Positions 1 to 7,894 of a stretch of 64,000 bases of DNA are shown piece by piece. How positions within the stretch are numbered: the first letter of the stretch is position 1; the number at the start of each line of letters is the position of its first letter. The translations under genes and the position numbers were made by a program. Under the pieces are notes generated by a model, which was not told the origin of the DNA, did not search any database, and saw only the letters and a list, made by a program, of their open reading frames with translations. Source of the stretch: Bacteroidaceae bacterium (GTDB taxonomy: Bacteria; Bacteroidota; Bacteroidia; Bacteroidales; Bacteroidaceae); contig JAILQO010000022.1 in NCBI GenBank assembly GCA_024698925.1, positions 26,192-90,191 on the forward strand. Direction: 5' to 3'.

Positions 1-2142
1 CTCTATTTCCAGAGCGGCCTCTATTGGGCAACCCTCGATGAGATTGTAGTCGGTCAAGATGGTACAATGACTATCGGTGCTCGCAAGACCGAGAAACTGA
101 ATGATGGCGACTGGATGGTGCTGGATAACTTCCGCCTCATCTATAAGGGCTCTGGTATTGATCTCTCCGGTGTGAAAGCCGACTTGCTGGCTAAGATTGG
201 GGATGCTACAGACCTACTCGACAACCTCGATCTCAACCTGTCGTTCCTGGCTACTGCCAAGGCCAATGGACAGGGTGTCTATGATAACTCCAGCGATGCT
301 GATGAGATTGTTGATGCAACAAATGCGCTGCAGACTGCTATCAATCAGGTCAACGCAGCTACAGACCTGACCGTCTTCAAGCAGACGATGGCTAAGGCTC
401 AACCCGAAGGTGTAGCTGTCAACGTATTCAAGAATGCAGTGGAAGCCGTAACAGATGGTAGCACTTTTGCTGCTACAGTTTCCGAACAGCTCTACCTCCT
501 TCGTTCCGAGCGTAAAATCAATGCTCTGCGTATGCCCGACATCTACACAGGATCCGCTCCTGCTGCCGGTAAGGTATACCTCTTCAATGTCGGCACAGGT
601 ATGTTCCTCGGTGCTGGATCCGACTGGAATACTCACGCTGCTGTGGATCAAGTGGGTATTGAAGTTGAACTTGTCGCTTCTGGCAATGGCTTCATAATGA
701 AGTCTGCATGGGGCTCATTCAACAATAGCCCGTATGTAGATACTGGTGCCAATACCGTTTATACTTTCCAGGCTGTTGATGGAAAGGATGGTGTCTATAA
801 TATCCTTGAAGGCTCCGACCTTCTCGGTTGGAATCCGAATGGTAAGACTGACGGCAAGAAGTATTGGAATAGCATTTCCAATGTGGCTGGTGCCGATGCC
901 AATGATGCCAACTACCAGTGGAAGGTCATTACTTCTGCTGAGCGCAAGGCGCTTTTGGCTCAGGCTACGCCACAGAATCCCGTAGATGTCAGCTACCTCA
1001 TCAACAACCCAAGCCACAACCGCAAGGCTGATGCTGATTACAAAATGTACACCAAGGTCGCTCCTGGTGGCAATGGCGGTGCTCGTGTCTCTTCTCAAGA
1101 TGATGGTAATGGCGATCGCGCAGCTGACTTCGGTTATGAATTCTGGAATGTAGACAATCTTGAGTGGTCACAGCAACTGACAGGGCTCACGCCTGGTACG
1201 TACGAAGTAGCTGTTCAAGGCTACTACCGCGAAGGTGATGGCGCTTACCAGACTGGTGTTGTCAATAACGGTGGCACGCTACTCTGTAAGGCATATTTAA
1301 AAGCCAATGATGAGTCTGCTGAACTGCAGAACATTGCTTATTGCCTCGATGGCGTTCCTGGCGTTGGCACGGCAGTATCCAACAATGGCGCATTCCCCAA
1401 CTGGCCGCGTGAAGCTTTCGAATACTTCGAGACGGGTTACTATTGGACCAGTGTTGAGGTGACGGTCGGCAACGACGGAAACCTGAAGATCGGTGTCTAT
1501 AAGGATAGTAAGACAGATAATGATTGGATAGTTCTCGACAACTTCCGTCTGCGCCTGCTCTCTGCAGCTACCGCTTCTGCAACAGTTAAGATTACTGATG
1601 TCAAGTATGCTACGTTCATTGCTCCCTTCGACGTGGAGATTCCTGATGGCGTGACAGCATCTACGGCTGAAATCAATGAGAATGGCACCAAACTTGATTT
1701 GACCGATCTCGTAGGAACGATTCCTGCTCACACTGCTGTTATCCTCTTCAGCGAGAATACCTTGACGAAGGAAGTCTCTGGCGTGCGTGTCGCAGATCCT
1801 GAGAATCTGACTACTGACGCCCTCACTGGTACATACGAAGATGTTCAGGCTCCCGAGGGTAGTTATGTACTTCAGAACCAAGCAGAAGGCATCGGATTCT
1901 ATCAGGTCGTTTATGCCGAAGCAAAGCCTTGGGTACGTGCAAATCGTGCATATCTGACGGCTCCTAATAACAATGTTAAGGCATTCATCCTTGGTGAAAG
2001 TGATGCAGACGGTATCCGTTCACTGGAGAATGGATTCCAGGGCACCCATAATGGTGAGATCTTCAACCTTGCTGGTCAGCGTATGACGAAGACGCAGCGT
2101 GGCGTGAACATCGTGAATAAAAAGAAAGTTGTCATCAAGTAA
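1..2142 (+). CDS. T9SS-sorted multidomain surface protein (5' end outside window)
   Basis: Frame 1 is open from nt 1, with no stop before the listed ATG at 67. Codons 1-45 (YFQSGLYWATLDEIVVGQDGTMTIGARK...DWMVLDNFRL) repeat the module end seen again at about 1411-1551 (YFETGYYWTSVEVTVGNDGNLKIGVYK...DWIVLDNFRL). A beta-trefoil-like middle part carries a QxW motif (YQWKV). The C-terminus IFNLAGQRMTKTQRGVNIVNKKKVVIK resembles a Por/T9SS sorting signal. Confidence 0.7.
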   Translation, partial: LYFQSGLYWATLDEIVVGQDGTMTIGARKTEKLNDGDWMVLDNFRLIYKGSGIDLSGVKADLLAKIGDATDLLDNLDLNLSFLATAKANGQGVYDNSSDADEIVDATNALQTAINQVNAATDLTVFKQTMAKAQPEGVAVNVFKNAVEAVTDGSTFAATVSEQLYLLRSERKINALRMPDIYTGSAPAAGKVYLFNVGTGMFLGAGSDWNTHAAVDQVGIEVELVASGNGFIMKSAWGSFNNSPYVDTGANTVYTFQAVDGKDGVYNILEGSDLLGWNPNGKTDGKKYWNSISNVAGADANDANYQWKVITSAERKALLAQATPQNPVDVSYLINNPSHNRKADADYKMYTKVAPGGNGGARVSSQDDGNGDRAADFGYEFWNVDNLEWSQQLTGLTPGTYEVAVQGYYREGDGAYQTGVVNNGGTLLCKAYLKANDESAELQNIAYCLDGVPGVGTAVSNNGAFPNWPREAFEYFETGYYWTSVEVTVGNDGNLKIGVYKDSKTDNDWIVLDNFRLRLLSAATASATVKITDVKYATFIAPFDVEIPDGVTASTAEINENGTKLDLTDLVGTIPAHTAVILFSENTLTKEVSGVRVADPENLTTDALTGTYEDVQAPEGSYVLQNQAEGIGFYQVVYAEAKPWVRANRAYLTAPNNNVKAFILGESDADGIRSLENGFQGTHNGEIFNLAGQRMTKTQRGVNIVNKKKVVIK

Positions 2143-2153
2143 ATACAGTTTTT

Positions 2154-2318
2154 ATGAAAAAGACATATATCATGCCTGCCATGCAAGCGCAGAGCCTAGG
2201 CACACAATGTATTATAGCCTTGTCGCTGAGGCAGATCTCAGCAGACAGCAGTGATGCTCTTGTCAAGAGCAACGAATGGGATATCTGGGGAGATGACATA
2301 GACGACGAAGATCTTTGA
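2154..2318 (+). CDS. small acidic hypothetical protein (54 aa), absent from the ORF track
   Basis: The ATG lies 12 nt after the stop of the cargo gene. Product: MKKTYIMPAMQAQSLGTQCIIALSLRQISADSSDALVKSNEWDIWGDDIDDEDL. The ORF sits upstream of the strong terminator at 2353-2402, so it would be co-transcribed with the cargo gene. Confidence 0.4.
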   Translation: MKKTYIMPAMQAQSLGTQCIIALSLRQISADSSDALVKSNEWDIWGDDIDDEDL

Positions 2319-2352
2319 CAATTCATCAACCTTCGGTTGAACACTTAGATAT

Positions 2353-2402
2353 ATTCCGCCACGGCGCTTCGAAGCGTTTGTGGCGGAATATTTTGTTTTT
2401 TC
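2353..2402 (+). terminator. intrinsic terminator
   Basis: Perfect 10-bp stem ATTCCGCCAC (2353-2362) / GTGGCGGAAT (2380-2389), followed by ATTTTGTTTTTT. Confidence 0.85.
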
Positions 2403-2425
2403 TTGTCAGAATAACGATTTCTATG

Positions 2426-2433
2426 TAACTTTG
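2426..2433 (+). promoter_or_regulatory. Bacteroidota -7 promoter box (TAnnTTTG)
   Basis: TAACTTTG, 30 nt upstream of the ATG at 2463 and directly after the terminator. Confidence 0.6.
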
Positions 2434-2462
2434 TCCCGTCATTTAATAAATCAGACCCCTTC

Positions 2463-3872
2463 ATGACTACAGCACTCAAAGAACTCTTGCGGCTATGGTG
2501 GACGCAGAAACGACGTGCGTTCCGCTGGAAGGAACTCTTTCTTGTTGCCTATTTCGCGGTGCTCTTTGTGGTGATTGTCGTTGCACTTTATTCTGCACTA
2601 CACGACCGGCTGACGCAGGGGATGCTGCCTGTCGCGTTGGTCAACCTACTGCCGCTTCTGGCAGTCTGTGTTACGCTAGCAGACTTGATGATGAAACTCT
2701 TATGGCGACGTTCGCCTGTCGAGATGGATGACTATTTGCGAACGCGACCTGTTTCCCCACGCGATTGGGCCTTCTTGATACTTCTGGATACTAAATTGGG
2801 CTTCATGCAATGGATGATCCCCCTTTCTATGGCCTTTGTTGTGGCTTTATTTTTAGGCGTAGGGTGGGGGATGCTGATGCTTATCCTCACCTTCACATGC
2901 ACGCTTGTCAATGCACTACTCCAGAATTGTTGGCGTCGAGCCCCTGGTAACCAATGGACATTGCCGTTGTTCTTTGGTTATATTGCGTGGACAGTGCTTG
3001 TTTGTACCATTGGTGTAGGTGCGGTGGTTTGGGCGATGGTGGCTGTGGCCTCTGTGCTTCTGATTCTTGTGAATAGCATCACCTGCTATGTACTTCACCG
3101 CTATTTCGTGCGCATGAAGAATCACAACGAGGCACTCCACACGAATACCTCCAGTACAGCTCATTCACTCGGTAATGTGTCACTGTGGAGCATAGAATGG
3201 ACGCAGATACTTCGAAGCAAGCGGTTGAGAACCAGTTCTTTACTTATGATGGCGCTTTTCCTTCTCAATGTCTATATGCAGCAGTCATCAGCAGCAACGC
3301 TACAAAATGATTTCGGCCTTGCAGTCAATCCGATGCTGTTCTTCGCTATCGGTTTCCCCAGCCTAATGCTGGCTCAATGGGTATTAGGCATTGAGGCCAA
3401 TTTTTTTTGTGGCATTTGGACCAAACCATGGCCGGTCGAGGGTATCCTCCGTCGCAAGTACTATTTCTTCTGTTCGCTCTGTACTCTGATGGCGGTGTTA
3501 TGTGTGCCCGCTGTAGTGTGGCTACACCTTTCTGCATTGTCGTTGGTTGCAGCGTTGTTCTTCTCTTGCGGCGTATTAGTGCTCCCGTTCATGGCTACAT
3601 GCCTCTACAGCAGCCGTATGGACCTCTTCTCTTCCGCATTCCTCAGTTATCAACACGGTAATCGGCAACTCAACATCTTCTCGTTAGTGATGTTCATACC
3701 CATGATCATCTATTTTCTAATTTACTTCTTTTTGCCACCTTTCTGGGCCAATGTTCTTGTAGCCAGCCTTGGACTTGTTGGCTTTGCGTTGCATGGCGTC
3801 TATATCCGTTGGATTTCAGGCATTTGGTACAGGCGAAGACATGAGATTATGGAGCGATGGCTTGCACAATGA
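2463..3872 (+). CDS. polytopic membrane protein, putative fused ABC-type permease (DUF5687-like)
   Basis: 469 aa with about 12 hydrophobic segments. Each half opens with a basic amphipathic segment containing W-TQ (LWWTQKRRAFR and IEWTQILRSKR). An ABC ATPase gene follows 33 nt downstream. Confidence 0.6.
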   Translation: MTTALKELLRLWWTQKRRAFRWKELFLVAYFAVLFVVIVVALYSALHDRLTQGMLPVALVNLLPLLAVCVTLADLMMKLLWRRSPVEMDDYLRTRPVSPRDWAFLILLDTKLGFMQWMIPLSMAFVVALFLGVGWGMLMLILTFTCTLVNALLQNCWRRAPGNQWTLPLFFGYIAWTVLVCTIGVGAVVWAMVAVASVLLILVNSITCYVLHRYFVRMKNHNEALHTNTSSTAHSLGNVSLWSIEWTQILRSKRLRTSSLLMMALFLLNVYMQQSSAATLQNDFGLAVNPMLFFAIGFPSLMLAQWVLGIEANFFCGIWTKPWPVEGILRRKYYFFCSLCTLMAVLCVPAVVWLHLSALSLVAALFFSCGVLVLPFMATCLYSSRMDLFSSAFLSYQHGNRQLNIFSLVMFIPMIIYFLIYFFLPPFWANVLVASLGLVGFALHGVYIRWISGIWYRRRHEIMERWLAQ

Positions 3873-3905
3873 GTGACTACGAAGGACAAATAATCGAACA
3901 GAAAA

Positions 3906-4613
3906 ATGGAACTAAATATAAAGGAATTAAAAAAAGTCTATGGCGACAAGGTCGCGTTGGACATCCCTGAACTGACTATCGGTAGTGGGCAGTTGGTAGG
4001 ACTCGTGGGCAACAATGGCGCAGGAAAGACCACACTCCTTCGCCTGATTCTTGACCTTATCAAGGCTGATTCTGGCTACGTGCTGTCCAACGGGGACGAT
4101 GTGGCTGTGTCCGACACATGGAAAACATATACAGGCTCATTTATCGACGGACGCTTCCTTGTTGATTTCTATACCCCAGAAGAGTACTTCACATTCATCG
4201 CGCACCTTTATGGTATCACCGATGACCAGCTTCATGAACGTTTGGAAGCCTTCCGACCGCTCATGCACGATGAGATTCTTGAAACAAAGAAATACCTGCG
4301 TGACTTCTCCGAGGGCAACAGACAAAAGATAGGTATCATCGGTGCCATGATGATTCGGCCTAAGGTGCTCCTCTTGGACGAGCCGTTCAATTACCTCGAT
4401 CCCTCATCGCAGATTATCATTGCGCGTATGATTGCAGACATGAATCGCGAACTTGGTACAACGACCATCATTTCTAGTCATAACCTTAACTTTGTAGCCG
4501 ATATCAGTAGCAGAATCCTTCTTCTTGAACGCGGAATCATTATAAAGGATTTATCTAAGAACCAGGAAAATGTAATTTCTGAATTGAATGACTACTTTAA
4601 TGCGGAGGCATAA
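3906..4613 (+). CDS. ABC transporter ATP-binding protein
   Basis: Walker A GNNGAGKTT, signature-like FSEGNRQK, Walker B VLLLDEP, H-loop SSHN. Confidence 0.9.
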   Translation: MELNIKELKKVYGDKVALDIPELTIGSGQLVGLVGNNGAGKTTLLRLILDLIKADSGYVLSNGDDVAVSDTWKTYTGSFIDGRFLVDFYTPEEYFTFIAHLYGITDDQLHERLEAFRPLMHDEILETKKYLRDFSEGNRQKIGIIGAMMIRPKVLLLDEPFNYLDPSSQIIIARMIADMNRELGTTTIISSHNLNFVADISSRILLLERGIIIKDLSKNQENVISELNDYFNAEA

Positions 4614-4660
4614 AACGACATGCTCTTCTGACACCCACTTCTAAAGCAGTAACAAACACT

Positions 4661-5797
4661 ATGCGCTATTCTTTTTTCCTCATACTCCTTATCCCTTTGG
4701 CCGCTCAGGCTTATGTCTCCTTACGCCTTTGTCAGGTGCTTCCCATCCCTGCGTGGGGCAAGGTGCTTGTGGTCATCGCCATGCTCGTCGCCTTTGGTCT
4801 CTCGCTCTTCGCTGTGTTGCCACAGTTGGATCGCCTTTCTATGCCGATTTCCACGCTCTGCTATCATATAGGAACTTCATGGCTCCTGATTCTGCTCTAT
4901 CTGTTCATGCTCATTCTCTTACTTGATCTCTTCCGTCTTTGTCATCTTATTCCTTCATCCTTCTTTCATCATAATTGGATAGCTTCTTGCACCATTCTAG
5001 GAACAGTCACGCTGGTCTTCATCTACGGTTATCTCCATTATCACCATAAGGAGCGTGTCTCATTACAGTTGACGACAACCAAGTTCCTCCAGCACCCAAT
5101 GCGCGTTGTCATGACCTCCGATTGGCATCTGGGCTATCACAATCGTCGTGCTGAACTGGCACGTTGGATAGATATGATTAATGCTGAGCATCCTGATGTG
5201 GTACTGATTGCAGGTGACATCATCGATCGCAGTATTCGTCCACTTGACGAAGACGGTATGGCGGCAGAGTTTCATCGCCTCCAAGCTCCTGTCTATGCCT
5301 GCCTTGGCAACCATGAGTATTATAGCGGCGAGCTTGCCGCCCTTCGCTTTTACAATGAAGCAGGTATTCACCTCCTGCGGGATTCCATAGCCCGTATAGG
5401 TGATCTTGCAATCATTGGGCGTGATGATCGCACGCATCATCGTCGCCAACCACTATCCAAACTGATGGTTACACACCTCTCTTCACAAGAGGCGTCGTCA
5501 TCGAATGGAGATTCACTTTCTACGCAGCCATTCGTGATTCTACTTGATCACCAACCATACCATTTGGAGGAAGCTGAGGCTGCTGGCATCGACTTTCAAC
5601 TTTCCGGGCACACGCATCATGGACAGGTTTGGCCCATATCTTGGATAACCGACCGCCTCTACGAATGTGCCTTCGGCCTTCATCAGCGTGGCAATACGCG
5701 TTATTATGTATCCAGCGGACTTGGTATCTGGGGCGGTAAGTTTCGTATAGGGACTCAATCCGAATATATCGTCGCTGATATATCGATGCACTCATAG
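4661..5797 (+). CDS. membrane-anchored metallophosphoesterase (YkuE/calcineurin-like)
   Basis: N-terminal TM helices followed by the motifs DWHLG, GDIID, GNHEY and GHTHHG. Confidence 0.8.
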   Translation: MRYSFFLILLIPLAAQAYVSLRLCQVLPIPAWGKVLVVIAMLVAFGLSLFAVLPQLDRLSMPISTLCYHIGTSWLLILLYLFMLILLLDLFRLCHLIPSSFFHHNWIASCTILGTVTLVFIYGYLHYHHKERVSLQLTTTKFLQHPMRVVMTSDWHLGYHNRRAELARWIDMINAEHPDVVLIAGDIIDRSIRPLDEDGMAAEFHRLQAPVYACLGNHEYYSGELAALRFYNEAGIHLLRDSIARIGDLAIIGRDDRTHHRRQPLSKLMVTHLSSQEASSSNGDSLSTQPFVILLDHQPYHLEEAEAAGIDFQLSGHTHHGQVWPISWITDRLYECAFGLHQRGNTRYYVSSGLGIWGGKFRIGTQSEYIVADISMHS

Positions 5798-5814
5798 ACA
5801 AAAAGGGGATGATC

Positions 5815-7809
5815 TTAGAGACGGAAGGAAGCGTTGTCTCCGTGACCTTCTTGAACCACTTGTTGGTTGCGAATCAGTTGGGTCGTGATTCTGCCACGTT
5901 TGTCGCGGAAAACACGAAGATCGAAATCTGCATCGGCAAGACGGATATGATTCAAGCGCATCTCGGGCCACTCCTGCGGTAATCGTGGTGAAACCGTGAA
6001 ACAGCGCAGTCCTGTCGGACGGATTCCGAAGAGACCTTCTGTAATGATGCGGGCATATAATGCACTCTCTGCAGAAAGATGTCGCTGGTTTCCCTCTGGC
6101 CATGCTTCGATGGCATAGGGAACGTGTTGGCCTAGCAGGCGTGTGGCTGAATAATTCTGAAGGTATCGTAATGTTCTTTCCGTATCGCCAGCCATGAGTG
6201 CGCCACGCAGGGCGTAAAGTGTGGAACGGTCCCAGAACGTCTGGCTACCAGCCTGTGTCAACATCCCGTTTTCTGTCCATAGGCGAGGGGAGTAGAGCGC
6301 ATCGATTGTGCCTGCGGCACGTGTGAAGATGCCCATGGTTAATGGAATACAAATCCACGAGCGGAGGATGTCATTGCCATTGTAATACCGATAGGTGTCA
6401 AAACCTTCCATGTCGGCATGAAAGAAACGGTCAATAGCGATGCGTAGGGCGTCGGCCTGTTGATTGTAGGTCTTGGCAAGCGCTTTCCCCTTACCGAGGT
6501 CACGTGCTAGGAAGGCTGCTGAACGCAGGGCGTCGTAATAGAGTGATGAGGTACAGAGATTGGCTTCGCCGGCAGGGAAGCGACCTTCCAATTCATCACA
6601 GTTTGACATGACAACACCATCAGCATTGAGTTGCCTGCGGCAGTATTCCAATGTCCAGGTGATGAGGGGCCATAAGGTCTCTGCCTCTTGACGAGAACCT
6701 CGTGCCAGCGCATAACGGCTGGCGCCATAGGCAATCATCGCTGCGTCGCCGCGGTCGCCGGCACCGTTCCAGTAGTCCGTGCCCTCTGCGATGATGGAAG
6801 AGGGAATCGGACGATAATCCTCATTCATAAAACTGGCAAACATACGCCAGGAATTCATGGCAGATGCGTTGGCGTATGCATAGCCCAGGAACGGGAAGAA
6901 CGGGTTCGCGTATTCTGCTTGGTCGTTGGCCCAAATAGCCGCATAATACCGTTCACCTCCAGGCCCATGCAGGGGGCCATTCTTTGTCTGATAGATGCTC
7001 TCGGCGGCGCGCACCTTGGAAAACGCAAACATGCGATTGAGAATGCTGTCAGGAGTGACAAGGACGAGGTTATCCAGCCATTGACGTGTGAGCTGCTGGC
7101 GTTGGCTTAACTGTTCTGCGGCATCACAAGTGAGTGTCGGCTCTGTCGCACGACGTGCAGAGAGTATGGCATAGAAGGTAAGGTCTTCCCCTTGGTTGAG
7201 TGTAAATGTACCAGTAGGGGTGATTTGTTCCTCAACAATATAGGAACCATCTAATCCCTTATCGGGATCACTTTCCATACGATGGATTGTTGGCTCAATG
7301 CGTATGGTGGTGGGCCGTTGGTTACTATTGACGATGGTGTATGCCTCAATGAGAGCGGGAAGGGTTGGTGATGGTGCGAGTGTACGACGAACTGTGAGGC
7401 TTCCAAAGTGACTCTGTGCGCAAAGGGTGCCATCCGAGAGCGTGATGTCCTTCACGCGTTCTGGTGTATCGGTGATGCGCTGATGTCCGATAAGTACGCT
7501 TTCTAACGGATCCCAGCTAGTGTAGCGAATGAAGCTTGCATGTGTATCGTTGGGGAGGGTGCGAAGCATGGGAAAGACGAGGTGTCGATCGCACGTAAAA
7601 CTCCCGTCGGCGGCAATGCCGTAGTGGAGTATAGCAGACATTTGTTGTCCGGACATCTCCATGTGGTCGGTATGAGCGCGACCGTCAAAGGTCCAAGTGA
7701 TAGCTGTGGGAGATGTAAGGTGCCAATAACTATTCTCCAGATTAGCAGAAACACTTTTGGCAGATGATAAAGCTAAAAGTGAAAACAATAATAGGGCATT
7801 TCTGTGCAT
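5815..7809 (-). CDS. secreted glycoside-hydrolase-like protein, probably (alpha/alpha)6 barrel; family unresolved
   Basis: Signal peptide MHRNALLLFSLLALSSAKS. The long C-terminal region has six-hairpin-glycosidase-like segments (WANDQAEY, EAWPEG...GLFGIRP). The ORF is solid; the family assignment is weak. Confidence 0.5.
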   Translation of the reverse strand: MHRNALLLFSLLALSSAKSVSANLENSYWHLTSPTAITWTFDGRAHTDHMEMSGQQMSAILHYGIAADGSFTCDRHLVFPMLRTLPNDTHASFIRYTSWDPLESVLIGHQRITDTPERVKDITLSDGTLCAQSHFGSLTVRRTLAPSPTLPALIEAYTIVNSNQRPTTIRIEPTIHRMESDPDKGLDGSYIVEEQITPTGTFTLNQGEDLTFYAILSARRATEPTLTCDAAEQLSQRQQLTRQWLDNLVLVTPDSILNRMFAFSKVRAAESIYQTKNGPLHGPGGERYYAAIWANDQAEYANPFFPFLGYAYANASAMNSWRMFASFMNEDYRPIPSSIIAEGTDYWNGAGDRGDAAMIAYGASRYALARGSRQEAETLWPLITWTLEYCRRQLNADGVVMSNCDELEGRFPAGEANLCTSSLYYDALRSAAFLARDLGKGKALAKTYNQQADALRIAIDRFFHADMEGFDTYRYYNGNDILRSWICIPLTMGIFTRAAGTIDALYSPRLWTENGMLTQAGSQTFWDRSTLYALRGALMAGDTERTLRYLQNYSATRLLGQHVPYAIEAWPEGNQRHLSAESALYARIITEGLFGIRPTGLRCFTVSPRLPQEWPEMRLNHIRLADADFDLRVFRDKRGRITTQLIRNQQVVQEGHGDNASFRL

Positions 7810-7843
7810 AATAAATGGAATTAGAGGTTATTATGATGAAAGG

Positions 7844-7873
7844 AAGGGATGCATCAGAGTTGACGCATCCCTT
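7844..7873 (-). terminator. hairpin terminator after the glycogen operon
   Basis: AAGGGATGC (7844-7852) pairs with GCATCCCTT (7865-7873). It lies 20 nt beyond the GH57 stop, with a moderate T-rich tail on the minus strand. Confidence 0.5.
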
Positions 7874-7894
7874 TTCCTCTGCTCTTTAGAAAGC

